From NCBI GenBank assembly GCA_034780895.1, contig JAUZTB010000062.1, positions 7,700,494 through 7,764,493 of the forward strand: a DNA stretch of 64,000 nt. The letters run 5' to 3'. Source of the DNA: Rhynchobatus australiae (taxonomy: Eukaryota). Positions 28,156-40,803 of this stretch are shown in pieces. The notes under the pieces are model-generated. The model made no database searches, was not told the DNA's origin, and saw only the letters and a program-made list of their open reading frames with translations. The translations under genes and the position numbers were made by a program. Positions within the stretch are counted from its first letter, which is position 1. Every line of letters starts with the position of its first letter.

Positions 28156-28959
28156 TCCAATGCATATTTAGTGATTTTAAGCATTTTGTTGATATCAGCT
28201 GTCTTCTGTGCAACTGCCAAAAAGCCAAATCAGGATCAATACCAATACACAATAATTTCTTATCATTAAAACTTACAATTACTTTAAATATAGATGGGGA
28301 GGGGTATGATGGTTGGAAATATGTGACTGTAAACACGTACAGACAAAAATATTGCCTGTGGGTTTGTGAGATGGCTCTAGATTAAAATTCCTACACTTCC
28401 GGACCCCAACATAATAAGTGGTGCCCTTGCCAAAATAAATGTTTGAAAAAAAATTAAAAGATACTGAGAATGTAATCTCCTGTGTCAAATTATCATTAAG
28501 AGAGCAGTTTTTTTTTCCCCCCGATGATGCAGTGTGCTGCAATCCATTATTTACAATATGGAAATCATTTGGTACATGTTAAATATATAATAACTGAGGT
28601 ATTGCACCAATGAAATAGCATCCCATACAGGAATTAAGAACAGAAGATGCAGATAATTGATCTTTTCTCCACTCCTGCTGAACAAGTCCACTGGTTTCAA
28701 AAGGTGCTGACAGTACTTCAGTGCATCACCTAAAATCTTACACCTTGTGCACAAGCCAATCAGGATTGGTAATCCATTTCAATTTTGAGGACTGTCATTG
28801 CACATCCAACTTAATCCTCACGCATAGCAAACTTTCTCACTATGCGGTCTCCCCTACATTGGTAAAACCAAAGAGATTAGGTGGACACTTTGTGGAAATT
28901 CTCTGTTCAGTCCACAAGGGTTATCTTGAGTTTAGTCAGGTCAGATTGACATCCTAAAA

Positions 28960-29310
28960 CATTGTGTTTTCTCTCTCCGCAGAAGCTACTTGACCTGCTG
29001 GGTTTTCCAGCATTCTCTTTCATTTCAGATTTCCACAATCTGTCATGTTCTATATCACAGAGTTCCCATATATTTTCCTCCTTCATCCTCTCCCTCCAGT
29101 TACATCTATTGCCATTAACAAGCCTTTGGAAGTCTCTCTTTACCAATACCATTCCACGCCATCCATTTCCTCTTGATTCCACCCTATCACAGAAAATCCC
29201 CCATGTGATCTCCACTCTTCTTCCCTTTCCGCAATGTAAAATATGCCTCATTTCTGGCATTTCCTAGCTCTGATGAAAGACTGACCTGCGCATTTCCAGC
29301 TTTTTTTTAA
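28960..29310 (+). mobile_element. Penelope-like element remnant (tandem terminal repeats)
   Basis: Arm ttgacctgctgggttttccagcat, a pyrimidine-rich spacer, then CTGATGA near 29270 and a second partial arm. Confidence 0.55.
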
Positions 29311-29624
29311 ATTTCACTTTCCCAGACCAGTCACAAGTTGCGATTCAGAAATGGTCAATCCAAGAGGTTGGTTTTCTTCACTTTCAACAGGACCAGACAT
29401 GCTCAGTTTGTCACTTTTATATGAAGTGGGGATTTTAAAAACACCAAAATGTTCACGGATGCATCAAGCCTTTGTTTGATTACACAATCACTGCTTCTGC
29501 CAGTACAGAAGCATCTCAATTTTTCTAAAACCAAGTGATATTTTCTATGTTCATGGAGCAAATTGAAGCATGAATTTCACTTCAGTTTATTATTATTCCA
29601 GCAACCATGCCATTCATTACTCAC

Positions 29625-29711
29625 CCATCTCCTTGGAAGCTTGGCTATCACTGGCTAGTTCACCCATTTTCACTAGGGCTTCAAAATAGCCTTTTGCTGC
29701 AAAGGATACAC
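29625..29711 (-). CDS. BAIAP2: BAIAP2 coding exon 3 ((S)VSFAAKGYFEALVKMGELASDSQASKEM(G), 87 nt)
   Basis: Acceptor atattccag|GT and donor ATGG|gtgagt. Matches IRSp53 GVTYAAKGYFDALVKMGELASESQGSKELG. Phase 1-1, in frame with exon 2. Confidence 0.97.
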
Positions 29712-30249
29712 CTGGAATATTCAGATTTCAGAAAACATGTTTGTAGAAAATGTTGAAATACCTTTATTACTAGAGTTAAATGACTTAACACCAAGAAACC
29801 ATTTTGATTTAACAAATATTTTCCTCTCCTTTTAAACAGCACTAATGTGAATTCAAACATTGGCACTAGAATATTTTAAAGCAGCATTTTAGAATTACAA
29901 GGCGCAAGCATGACAATCGTCAGAAATGGAAGAAACTTATGCAGCATTTAATGAGATCTTTAGGTTCAATCTTCATTAAATGTTTAAGCGGAGGGACTGA
30001 AAGCANNNNNNNNNNTGTCGTCATTTTCAAGGACTAAACAGATGCTGGAGTTACTATCATCCAGCCCTTTGTTCCTGATATTTGGCTCCATTGAGCAGGA
30101 GGGATGTACAATGGGCAGCTAATTACCTTCACTCTTTCAGTGAGGGGGAAACAAAAAAAATTTTACCCTTATACTTCTAAACAATTTTGATAGAGGCTTT
30201 ACGAATTATAGATGGGATACATATTTATCACAGGATAGCAGCTCAATTC

Positions 30250-30410
30250 TGACACAAGAGACTGCATATGCTGGAAATCTGGAGTAACACACACAAAATG
30301 CAGGAGGAATTCAGTGGGTCAGGTCTCAGCCCAAAATGTCAACTGTTCATTTCCCTCCATAGATGCTGCCTGACCTGCTGAGTTCCACCAGTATTTTGTG
30401 TGAATTGCTC
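30250..30410. mobile_element. Penelope-like terminal repeat, fold-back pair
   Basis: cacacaaaatgcaggaggaattcagtgggtcagg pairs with cctgacctgctgagttccaccagtattttgtgtg. The centre tctcagcccaaaatgtcaactg is the 3' half of a hammerhead motif. Confidence 0.7.
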
Positions 30411-33400
30411 ACAAAATTAAAAGCTGGTTTTATTTAAAATTTCATTATAACTAATAAAGATAAGGTTGGTTAAGTCTGATTTCATATATTGTGTATGTAC
30501 ACAAATGACTGTTAAGGAGATTTCCAGTAGAATTATAACCACTGAGTACCTGTAGGGCTTCAATTAAATAATCATTTTTGCAATTCTTGAACTTAAAGCC
30601 TCTGTTATGTGTTCATTATATATTTTGTTTGAAGTTAATAAGCTTTTGGAATCTTCTGTGACATTTTCTGATGAATGATACAGAATTGTACAAAAGTGAC
30701 TATGGTTTGGTACCAAAGTAAATTGATTCTAAATTTGATTTAAGGTTTGGAGGAAGGAGTATAGAGAAGTGTTAGCAATATTGGAATGCATTGTTCTTTG
30801 TTAATTACACACAGATATAAAGCACGTGGAGAAATATGCTTATCATGCAAAAGCCAGTGTATGGTGTTAATTATTAATTCCTTAATAATGTTTGAGGATT
30901 CCTCAGTGGTTGACTATTTGTTGCTTGTTCTTGGTTTCAAATGGAAGCATCCGGGATCATAGAGAGATCTTGAAGATTAACATGGATTGTTAACTTTTAA
31001 TTAAGTTTTCATCTGAATGAGCAATTTTAATTGGAATTCTCATTTTAAGGATAATGACAGCTGAAAATATCTAAAAGGATAGTTATTGCCTCGATAGTTC
31101 CAGAAGTTTGAACAGCAGAGGAAGTGTGAGGAAGTTTGGAGAATGTTCAGAAATTGAAGGTAATGGTTCGACTATTCAAAGAGTTTAATGATCCAGGTTT
31201 TCATGATTTTGTGAAGCTGGTAAAATTCACTCTGTAAAACACTATTTGGTGTATCTATCCAGCCATGAAAGCATCATCAATTTCGCTCCATATTTTACAT
31301 TGGAAGACATTACATTGGGTATGACAAGTAATCACTAGCAANNNNNNNNNNNNNNNNNNNNNNNNNNNNNNNNNNNNNNNNNNNNNNNNNNNNNNNNNNN
31401 NNNNNNNNNNNNNNNNNNNNNNNNNNNNNNNNNNNNNNNNNGCCCTTTAATGAGTTTAAATTTGTAATTTACACGAGTTTAGTCATCTAACCAGACAGAG
31501 TTTACCATTTATATTCACAGCCAATTTCATACTTCCATTTGTCTCAATAAAATGAACTGCAGCCCTTTTCAGGAAAAGGCAATTTTTCTGAAATAATATT
31601 AGAAAAAAATCAATCCAAATTAAATAAAAACATCAAATTAGTTTCTGAAGCATACATTACCAAGATCTCATTTCAAATCACAATAGTATAAATACAGCCA
31701 TTAGCTCTCAATCACTCTGATAACATTGAAGTGCTTTATCTGTACAAATTGAACTTGGTTTGGTATGAATAGGAAAAAAAAAATCAAAAAAGGTTTTTGA
31801 CTAACCTGTTGAATACTTCAGGCATGTTTTCAACCAATACCCAAACATTAGAGAAATTGTGCTGTAGTAATACTTATCATTTTTGCAGATCTTTAAGGGC
31901 TTTAAAATAAACCAAAGCTAAAGTCCTCTTACACAATGTACATCTTCTTCATGTAGCAATGATGTATATTGACATTCCTCCCCCCTCCCCCCAAGTAGAT
32001 GTTTTCAACAAATTACAGTTAAATAGGACCACTAAAAGGGGGAATTATCAGTTTTAAAACAGATTTTCAAACACTTTCAGCATATGGAGATTATATTTAC
32101 TGCATTAATTCTGGATCATTGAAGAACAAGAAATATTTACTTTTCATTTCCATTGAGCTCAGAATATGGTCTCATCAGACCATAACTCTTAAATGGCTTC
32201 CCAAGACATTCTCGATGTAATTAAAAAAGTTAACAGATGAGCAGCTCTATGCCTTTGAACATTCAGAAACAAGTACATTCATAACTAAATTATTTTAAAT
32301 CACAAAGCAAGCATTGATTAAACATTTTTTTTATATATATTATATTACACTTAACCAAAATAAGGAAGCAACACTTTAATTGCATTGTGTGGAGATTCTC
32401 TTGTTGCTCATTTCCACATATTCTCCTTCAGCCTAAAGAGATATTCAGGCAAGACCATGGGCCTCACAACTATGAACAGCTGACAAGAACTTTCTAGAGT
32501 AGAGACACAGAATTCTTTGTCTACTTTCAATCTCGACAAAATGGAAAGTTAGCACAAGTTGTTTCTTAAGTTTAATAAAAACTTGTTGAAAACACGTTAT
32601 GAACAAGGCTGAAAGATTAATAACAGTCAGTCCTAGGTATGAACTAGCCTTACTACCGCACTAAATCAGAATTTAGATTTTCAAACAGCCCACAAACTAC
32701 TTATTACTTTGGACCTCAAAAACATTTATTTCTCCTGCACCTGTTGACCTAGTCACAGAGTGCTGGCAAAGCAAATAACCATAGTATACAATATATTTAA
32801 AATATAAAATAACGGAAGTGTTCATTACAACAAAAAAAATGGTCTATGAAGAAAACTTCAGGGCTCGAATTTAATGCCAGCTGACTAATCAAGTGTTAAT
32901 GAGCCTTTACATGTTGTCAAGTCAGCTTTAGTTAGAATTTTTCTNNNNNNNNNAGTTTAAAAAGGAAACAAAACATAGCTCAGCAGGCCATCAGCATTCA
33001 CTCTCCATTACTGTAGTCTTTTTCCAAAAAAAATCAGTCTCAGTAATGGAATGAAACGGTGGAGCAATAATAAAATGCAGATTCCGTACATGCACTAATA
33101 TACTTTGATTCACTGCACATACGGTATGGTATTTCTCACCTGTTCTAGCTTTCTTGATCCAGATTTTCTCTGCACCCATGTGGCCTGAGGTAATGATCCA
33201 ACAAGGTTTGAGAAAAACAGTAACAGTGGAAAAAAAAACAAAATTCAAGATGGTGTTCCCAGCAGAACTAGTGATAGCTACAACCACTAGTAAAAGTTGA
33301 CCAGCCGCTTTGGTATATATTTTAGGCTTGGATTCCAGAAGATCAGCATTTGCAACTCAGTTCCTGGCACAATTAGGGGCAAGTCTGACTCCCTTAACCC

Positions 33401-34199
33401 AACGGCAGGCTTGATGACTCTCACAATTGTTGGATCTACAAGCCTGCCATTAAGAACAGGGTTTCGAAACATCAATGCCAGAAGGTCGCTCACCAAATCC
33501 AAATTAAACCAATGGCAATACAAAAGCAGCTTAAGAAAGATTGAGATTCGAGCCCCGAAATTACATAACTATATTTCCTGTGTTAAGATCTGAGAATTAG
33601 TATTTTGCAACCTCCCATATTGCTTTAGGAAATTTTGATTTAATGATTATTTTTGAATTTACCAGCAACTGTACTACCACAAATATTAGGTTTAAAACCA
33701 AAATTAACCCAAAAAGGTTATGTTGCTTTTATTTTGCAATAGTTACTATTGGAGGATGAAATATAATTGAGTATCATCTCACTAAAGTACGTAATCATCT
33801 GGAACGTTCTCATGTTTAAGGTTTCTTCCTCAGCCAATGTTAAGATTGTTAGCTCCCTTTTCAGTGACTTCAAAATTTGCTGAATTCATTGAGATATCAG
33901 AAATTCTGACCTATGAAATTAATTGTTTGTATGTTTAAGATTTGCAATGTTTTGGGTCAATCCAAATCAAGATACCAACATACATCATCTGCTGTACATT
34001 TTTTGGCATTGGATAAGAAATGCATTGATGTTTCCTGAGATTGCAACAAGGGCCCCAGATCTTAATGTGTTTGTTGTGCAATACTCGTGCATAAAATTAC
34101 AAGTGGGTTCAATGGTAATTTTATTTTTTTCTGGCAAAATGTGGGATTATTTGGTGATTAAACACAGGAGAACAGATTTCCTTGCACACTGCAAGATAT

Positions 34200-34440
34200 G
34201 CATTATACACAAGAGATTCTTAAACCACAAGAGGCAGCACGAGTTATTTTGCACCATCTAGCTCTTTGAAAGCATTTGCTTAAAATTCCTCCATCTTTCC
34301 CCATATTCTTGCAATGTTTCTCCTTCCCCATCTTCAACTATCTATATATCCACATCCCTTTTAAAGGTAAAACTGAATTTGCTTCCATCACACTTTCAGG
34401 CAGGCATTCTATATTATAATAGTTCACTCCATATCTTCAT
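34200..34440 (-). mobile_element. CR1 LINE 3' fragment
   Basis: cccttttaaagg...tgcttccatcacactttcaggcaggcattc is the reverse complement of the CR1 3' region. Confidence 0.55.
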
Positions 34441-34839
34441 GCTGGTTCGTTGCCATGTCTCCACTTGAATCAAGATTGACTGCAGATGTTGGTCCTTTAC
34501 TATAATATGATTACATTCCTTTACAGAATTATGATCAATTCATTAGAATTATGCTCTTACATAGGGGATTTTATTAGCATAATGCAAAGTTCAGAAAGAT
34601 CACTTTTAAAAGGCTCTCATAAATCAAATCTTTAAACAAAGAAAGGAGTTATTTCGATAGCAAAGGCCATCAGGAATTTTATAGAATACAATATACTACT
34701 TCTCCAATTCAATAATTGCATTCATTCCAATACAGCTACCAACACTGCTTTTACTTTGCTGAAAATTTCAGGATCACATATAGCATTACAATTTAGGGAG
34801 GGAAGCCAATATAAAGTAAACAGTACATGTAAAAAGGGG

Positions 34840-35540
34840 TTCAGAAACAGATACTAGTAGTTAATGTACCCAAGTTTTTGAAGGTGGCAGGAATGTTGAC
34901 AAAGCTGCTAAGAAAACATATGGGATCCTTGATTTCACAAACAGAGAAATTTGAGTGCAAAAGACAACAAATAACAAACTTTTGTAAAATATTGTGACTA
35001 ACTCTGGGCAGCAAAGTCTTCAGCAATAAAAACATCAAGGCCTTAAGTTCCAAGGAAATTTACTAGACTAAGGAATAGGACATTTAGCCCATCAAGTCTC
35101 ATCTATAACTCAATGAGATCATAGCTGATGTGAACTGACTGCAACCACCAGAGTGGGACACAAGGTGAAAAATTGTGTTTGTGAATAGTGACCAGGGAAG
35201 CTGGGATGATTCTTCACAACGCAGGGAAGGTTAGGGGTAGATTTGATGTTCAGAAGTCACAAAAAAAAGTTATGAAGGAAAGGAGAAACTCAAAATGCTC
35301 AGTATCAGAGGATGAAGAAGTTGGAGAAAAGCAAAACTAAGGCACAAATTTTTTATGGCCTGAATTGTATTGCCTGAAATAGTGACAGAAGCAATTTCAA
35401 CAACCACTTTCAAAAGGGAAAAGGGGAAGCAAAATCTGCCAGCTCTGGGGAGAGAAATTAATTGGATATCTGCTTCAAAAGACCTAGCCAAAGCACAATG
35501 GGGCAAATGACCTCCTCCTGCACTACATCATTTTATGTGA
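34840..35540 (+). mobile_element. CR1 LINE fragments
   Basis: aaggtggcaggaatgttgac...aaggccttaag; 3' part tgcctgaaatagtgacagaagc...gggcaaatgacctcctcctg. Confidence 0.6.
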
Positions 35541-37107
35541 CTTGCAATTTAAATAGCTGCTTCTAACATCTAGCTCAATGTTAGATACCCAACAGAATTT
35601 CTCCTGAAAATAAGCAACTGTTTAGCTCGTGAAATTCGTATTGTATCTTATCCACATAAGGAATAAATAGTTTTCAATTAAAGCATTTGCAATCATTTTG
35701 ATTTAAACTGAAGGCTGTGAAAAAAAGTCAGCAAATGGCTTNNNNNNNNNNNNNNNNNNNNNNNNNNNNNNNNNNNNNNNNNNNNNNNNNNNNNNNNNNN
35801 NNNNNNNNNNNNNNNNNNNNNNNNNNNNNNNNNNNNNNNNNTTACAACCATCATGCTGAATATTTAGTTAATTTTAACCTCTGTACTGATCGTCCAGTTC
35901 CTTTTTACACTTATTCTTTGCGATTAATTTCTTATCCTCGCTACCCTATTATTCACCTCAGCTTTCAGAATGACAACTTTTTTTTTAAAGAAAAAAAAGA
36001 GACTTTTTGGTGAAACATTGACACATGAACAAACTCACAAACATTTAACCATTGATTGTTAGAATGAACACAAAAATCCTTAGACTCACAAGGGAGCAAA
36101 AATGCATGAGAAAAATAAACCCACCCCACTTAATGCTATCTGCAAATACTCTAGCAAACAAAAATACATCATTTGATATGATTTGTATTGCTCATTTAAA
36201 ACTAGATGTGAAAAATCAAACTGATAACATTGCTGTATGTCTCCTACCCCCATGTAGCCTTCTCCCATCCTCTACAGCTAAAAGTTTGCACTCAAAACTT
36301 CTAGAAATATGGCTTTAGAAGCTCTACTGTGCATTGAAATGAATGGAAAACACAGCGTCCTCAGCTGTGGCATGCTGCTTAAGCTATTTCACAAGCACAT
36401 CAAAGTTACATTCCACGAGAAAAAACCTAACGCCATATCTTTAAATAACCTTCCTACAAGACACCNNNNNNNNNNNNNNNNNNNNNNNNNNNNNNNNNNN
36501 NNNNNNNNNNNNNNNNNNNNNNNNNNNNNNNNNNNNNNNNNNNNNNNNNNNNNNNNNNNNNNNNNTCCTACAAGACACCACATTTTATGTATGCATAGAA
36601 GTGTCTGGCTTTATTTCTCAGGCAACTTTCCTTTATTTTGCATTGTTACTTGGAGACCAGCTCTCAATTAGTGAACATGATTTCAGTGTGAGCACCCCCC
36701 ACACTGTAGTTCAGCAACAGACAGCCACTTAAGTCCATTGCGATTAAAAAGGTTAAAACCCTAGCATCGGAGATCATTATTCAAATCTTCCACCACGTGG
36801 TACGTTAAGTCTTAATTCTTAGTAGGACCATTGAAAGTGACACACTTCACAAGCAAAGCATCACTAAATGGACAAAATAAAACGGACAATTCTGCTTCAC
36901 CCATGGCTCAGTGGAAGGCAACATTACGATCCAAAGAAGGAATCAGTGACCTGTCACCCATCTAGCTGAAGGAGAATGCATGGAGATGAGCAAACATACT
37001 TACACAAGCAAAATAAAAATCAAAACAAGGACAAAACACAGACATCAATCATAAAATGGACATTAAAAACAAACTCAGATTATAAAACAAGTGGACAAAT
37101 AACTTAC

Positions 37108-37183
37108 TGGAAAGCGCTTTTTCATAAGACTTCCCCATAGCGATAAAGTTTCTCAGGCTGGGATTAAACTGGTCCATAATGGT
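37108..37183 (-). CDS. BAIAP2: BAIAP2 coding exon 2 (TIMDQFNPSLRNFIAMGKSYEKALS, 76 nt)
   Basis: Acceptor ttttcatag|ACC and donor TCCA|gtaagt. Nearly identical to IRSp53 TIMEQFNPSLRNFIAMGKNYEKALA, and closer to it than to BAIAP2L1 ([25 protein letters not shown]). Phase 0 in, phase 1 out. Confidence 0.97.
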
Positions 37184-37659
37184 CTATGAAAATAAAAGGT
37201 CAGAATTTATTTGCATTATCAGTGCACTACATACTCAAACTCTTCTCATATTAGACAATATTTATGATCTGAACACAATGTGTATTATTTTGTTTTATGT
37301 ACAAAAATTACCCGAATTTCTGAAAATATTCTCATACCAAATTCACACTTGGTCTAGTGGCAAGAATTTGTCCTCTACTGCAAACATTAAACATGGAATG
37401 TAGCAAAATTCAGTCCTACTGAAGTCAATGGGATTAATTTCAGAAGCCAAGTTCAACATCATTCATCAGACATACAACAGAGGGTGAATTCCCACCTCAA
37501 GCTATATGGTGCAATTCCCCACAATGAAGAAAGCTCACAAATATACTTCAAGCAGCATTCTGTATCATGCAACAATGTAAAAAAGACCAGAGAACCAAAT
37601 TGAAATCCCAACATAGCAGATGTGATTACTAATCAGGAATTAAAACAAACAAGTCATCA

Positions 37660-37880
37660 GTAATAATGATCAAAATGCTGTTGTATTTTTGTAATAATCG
37701 ATCTGATTCACTAACATTCTTCGCAGGCGGAAATCTGCCAGCCTTAATCTAACATAAATGCAATCCCAGACCCATCAATGTGGAACTCTTCAATACCCCC
37801 TGAAATGGCCTGGCAATACATGAGCTTTGAGAAATGGGCAATAAGCATTGGGCTTGCTTGCAATGCTCAGATCCTGAGAA
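37660..37880 (+). mobile_element. Old SINE (same family as 7950-8250) with gggcaataa tail
   Basis: atctgattcactaa...ggaaatctgcc...aatgtgg..ctct..ctgaaatggcct...gggcaataagc. Confidence 0.55.
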
Positions 37881-40019
37881 GTGTACAAAAAACATGCCTT
37901 TTCAACATACTTATATTTTCCTGCTATCCTCCAAGAGAATCATGTCAATTATGAAATTTAATCTGCCACAGCTCCACAGATACAACTTGATCATTGGGAT
38001 GTTTACAAATGCAGGTATTGATAACAACAGGACAATGATAATGTGGGTCAGTCAATTTTGCAGTGCTTGTCAGAAATTACCAGTTGGGTTCAATTAAGAT
38101 GAATTTAACTTCTCTTCTTATTAACTTCAATGGATTTTCATAGCTTTTGTTATACCCATTATCGTTAGTCAGTGCTCACTGATGAGTTAGATGCAATAAT
38201 TCCACAGTGAAACAGAAGTAATTACTCCCTACTATTATTAAACTGAATTCATCAAATATATGCTCACAATGAATTTGGCAGCTTTGGGAAAATAAATAGC
38301 ATGGACAAGTTTCAATCAGTAAATTTGACAGTAAAGGCAACTTTATGTTGACTAAAATGCTGATCAGCGGTTGATATTGCCACTCTTTGTAAGAGTCTTC
38401 TATGAATTCACTCTGCTGAACTCCATTTACTATTACAGCTGCTACAATCAACTACAGAACTGTGCAAACTACAAATGCTTAAGTATTAACTAAATAAACT
38501 GTCAAATTCAGTTATTAATTTAAAATCAATTCAGTAGTTATTCTAACATCTCACCTCCATTAGTCAAGTTTGAATACAATCAAGAGTTACACATCTTCAT
38601 ACCGATCAAAAGCAGTAATCAGTCCCTTTACAATGAGTGGCTATGAAAAGTTTGCTTCACTGCAGAATATTTGCTTGAAATCCACCCAACTCATTCTGAA
38701 GCATAAAAGTATAAATATTCAAATCCAAAGCATTGATTTCCATATAAAAGACACATTACTCTCTTCACTGCCCGATTTTCATCTTGCTAGAGCTTTTTGC
38801 TATGCAAGAAAGATTACTGTGTCCCCTTTATAGTGTTAATTGAAACACTTAATTGAAACATGAACATATATAATTAAGGGAGTTGAATACTTCCATGCTT
38901 TGCTTACACTAAGCATAGAACCGTCATACGACTGGCTGTCGCGAGAGTGGTAGGAAACATAGGTGAAAAATAAACAAACACAGAGCCTTTGACCAGCTAT
39001 GGTCAAATCAAATGAACGACATCAGCAAAATGTCTGTAATATGCCGAGGCTTGTCTGGAGAACCAGAATTCTGTACTATTGGTAAAGAAACAGGGCTGCA
39101 ATATAAACAACATCAGCTGACTAAAGATTCTTAATTCCCAAGGACATTATTAATGCAGAAGAGTCATCCAGTGGATTAATGATTGATATATCACATGTCT
39201 ACTCACCAGGATGCAAACTTAATAATGATTGGACAAGAAAGTAGTTTGAATGTATGCAGCGAGGAAAAAATGAAAGGCTTCTCAGAATTAGATGACTGAA
39301 TCAGCAGGTCCTGTGTACATATCCAACTACAAGGGAATATTTGCCAGAGGTGGTTGTACTTAGTTTAATGATCGGGGTGTGGGTTCACCACCTATAAAAG
39401 TAAGAGATTTGGCAAGGACATACAGAAGTATCAGAAGAAACCAAAAAGCGAACCAAGGAGACCTGAAAGGGCCATTAGAGGTGGATAAAACTAATAAGCT
39501 GCAGAAGATCATTGTTCCATGAACTGTCCATCCAATCTCAAGATGCTAGTATTTGTATAGCCCATGTTGTAAAAAAATTATTCAAGCAGCAGTTCACAAA
39601 TTATGATTTTGATACAATAAAATATCACTGCTCAACTAAAATAGTGCTACAACGAATCCACTGAAGAATCCCCTGAAGAGGGTATCCTGGACATCTCCCT
39701 ATTGGTTCCTGCATGCCGCTGGGCACGGCAGTGGTTTAAAGCAGCAGCAAAAGCACTTGCCCAACACAGAGATCAAAATTTAGCTAATTTTAGTGTTCCA
39801 CCATACTGCATTACAGGTTCATACAGCTACCATGTAATAATTATAATGACTTAGCTTTGATAGGTCAAAGACATCAAGTAAGTTAGTAATGATTAAACTG
39901 GCTCATAGTGAACCAGCCATTGGACTACTTCTGGTATTGTTTCAGATGGAACTTTACAACCAAGAAAGGAATGTTTCTGCAATTTCTCAAATATACAGTT
40001 TGACAGTGTTCATTAAGTG

Positions 40020-40803
40020 TTGGAAATTTGGGCAGAGAAATAGTAAATGGAGTTTAATCCAGACAAGTGAGAGGTCAAATGCAAGAGGATTCAACACAGT
40101 AAATGGCAGAGCATTAGGAGCATTGATGTACAATGAGATCTTGGGGTGTGTCCATAGCTCCCTGAAAGTGGCAACACAAAAAAAGCAAACAGCATACTTG
40201 CACTTAATTAGTATAAATGTTGGCAAGTCACATCGCAGCTGTATGAAACTTTGGTTAGACCATATTTGGGGTGTTAGGTGCATTTTTGGTCACGACACTA
40301 TAGCGAGGATGGAGGCTTTGGAGAGGATGCAAAAGAGGTTCACCAGGATGTTGCCTGGATTAAAACGCATTAGCTTTAAGGAGAGGTAGAACAAACTTAG
40401 ATTGTTTTCTCTGGAGAGTCAGAGGCTGAGGAGAAACCTGATAGGATGTTATAAAATTATGAGAGGCATAGATAGGGTAGATAGTCAGAATCTTTTTCCC
40501 AGGTTGGTAATGTCAAATAGCAGAGGACATAGCTTTAGGGTGACAGGGAGAAAGCTTAAAGGAGATGTGCAGGGCAATTTTTTCTAAACCACAGAGAGTG
40601 GTAAATGCCCAGAACACATTCCCAAGGAAGATGATGGCAGCAGATAAAATAGCAATGTTTAAGAGCACTTAGACAGACATATGAAGAGGTGGGAAAGAGA
40701 GGGATGTGGACTATGTGCAGGTACATGGGATGAGTTAGATTGACATCATGGTCAGCACAGGTATGGTGGTCCAAGGGGCCTATTCCTATGCTGTACAGTA
40801 TCA
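40020..40803 (+). mobile_element. CR1 LINE ORF2 C-terminus and 3' UTR
   Basis: ALERMQKRFTRMLPGL, FSLESQRLRRNLI..YKIMRGIDRVDSQNLFPR, and tail ggggcctattcctatgctgtac. Confidence 0.9.

Noticed and set aside
33297-33593. ORF with RNINARRSL, faintly like a LINE endonuclease NARS motif
   Set aside because: No other endonuclease motifs follow, so it is likely chance.
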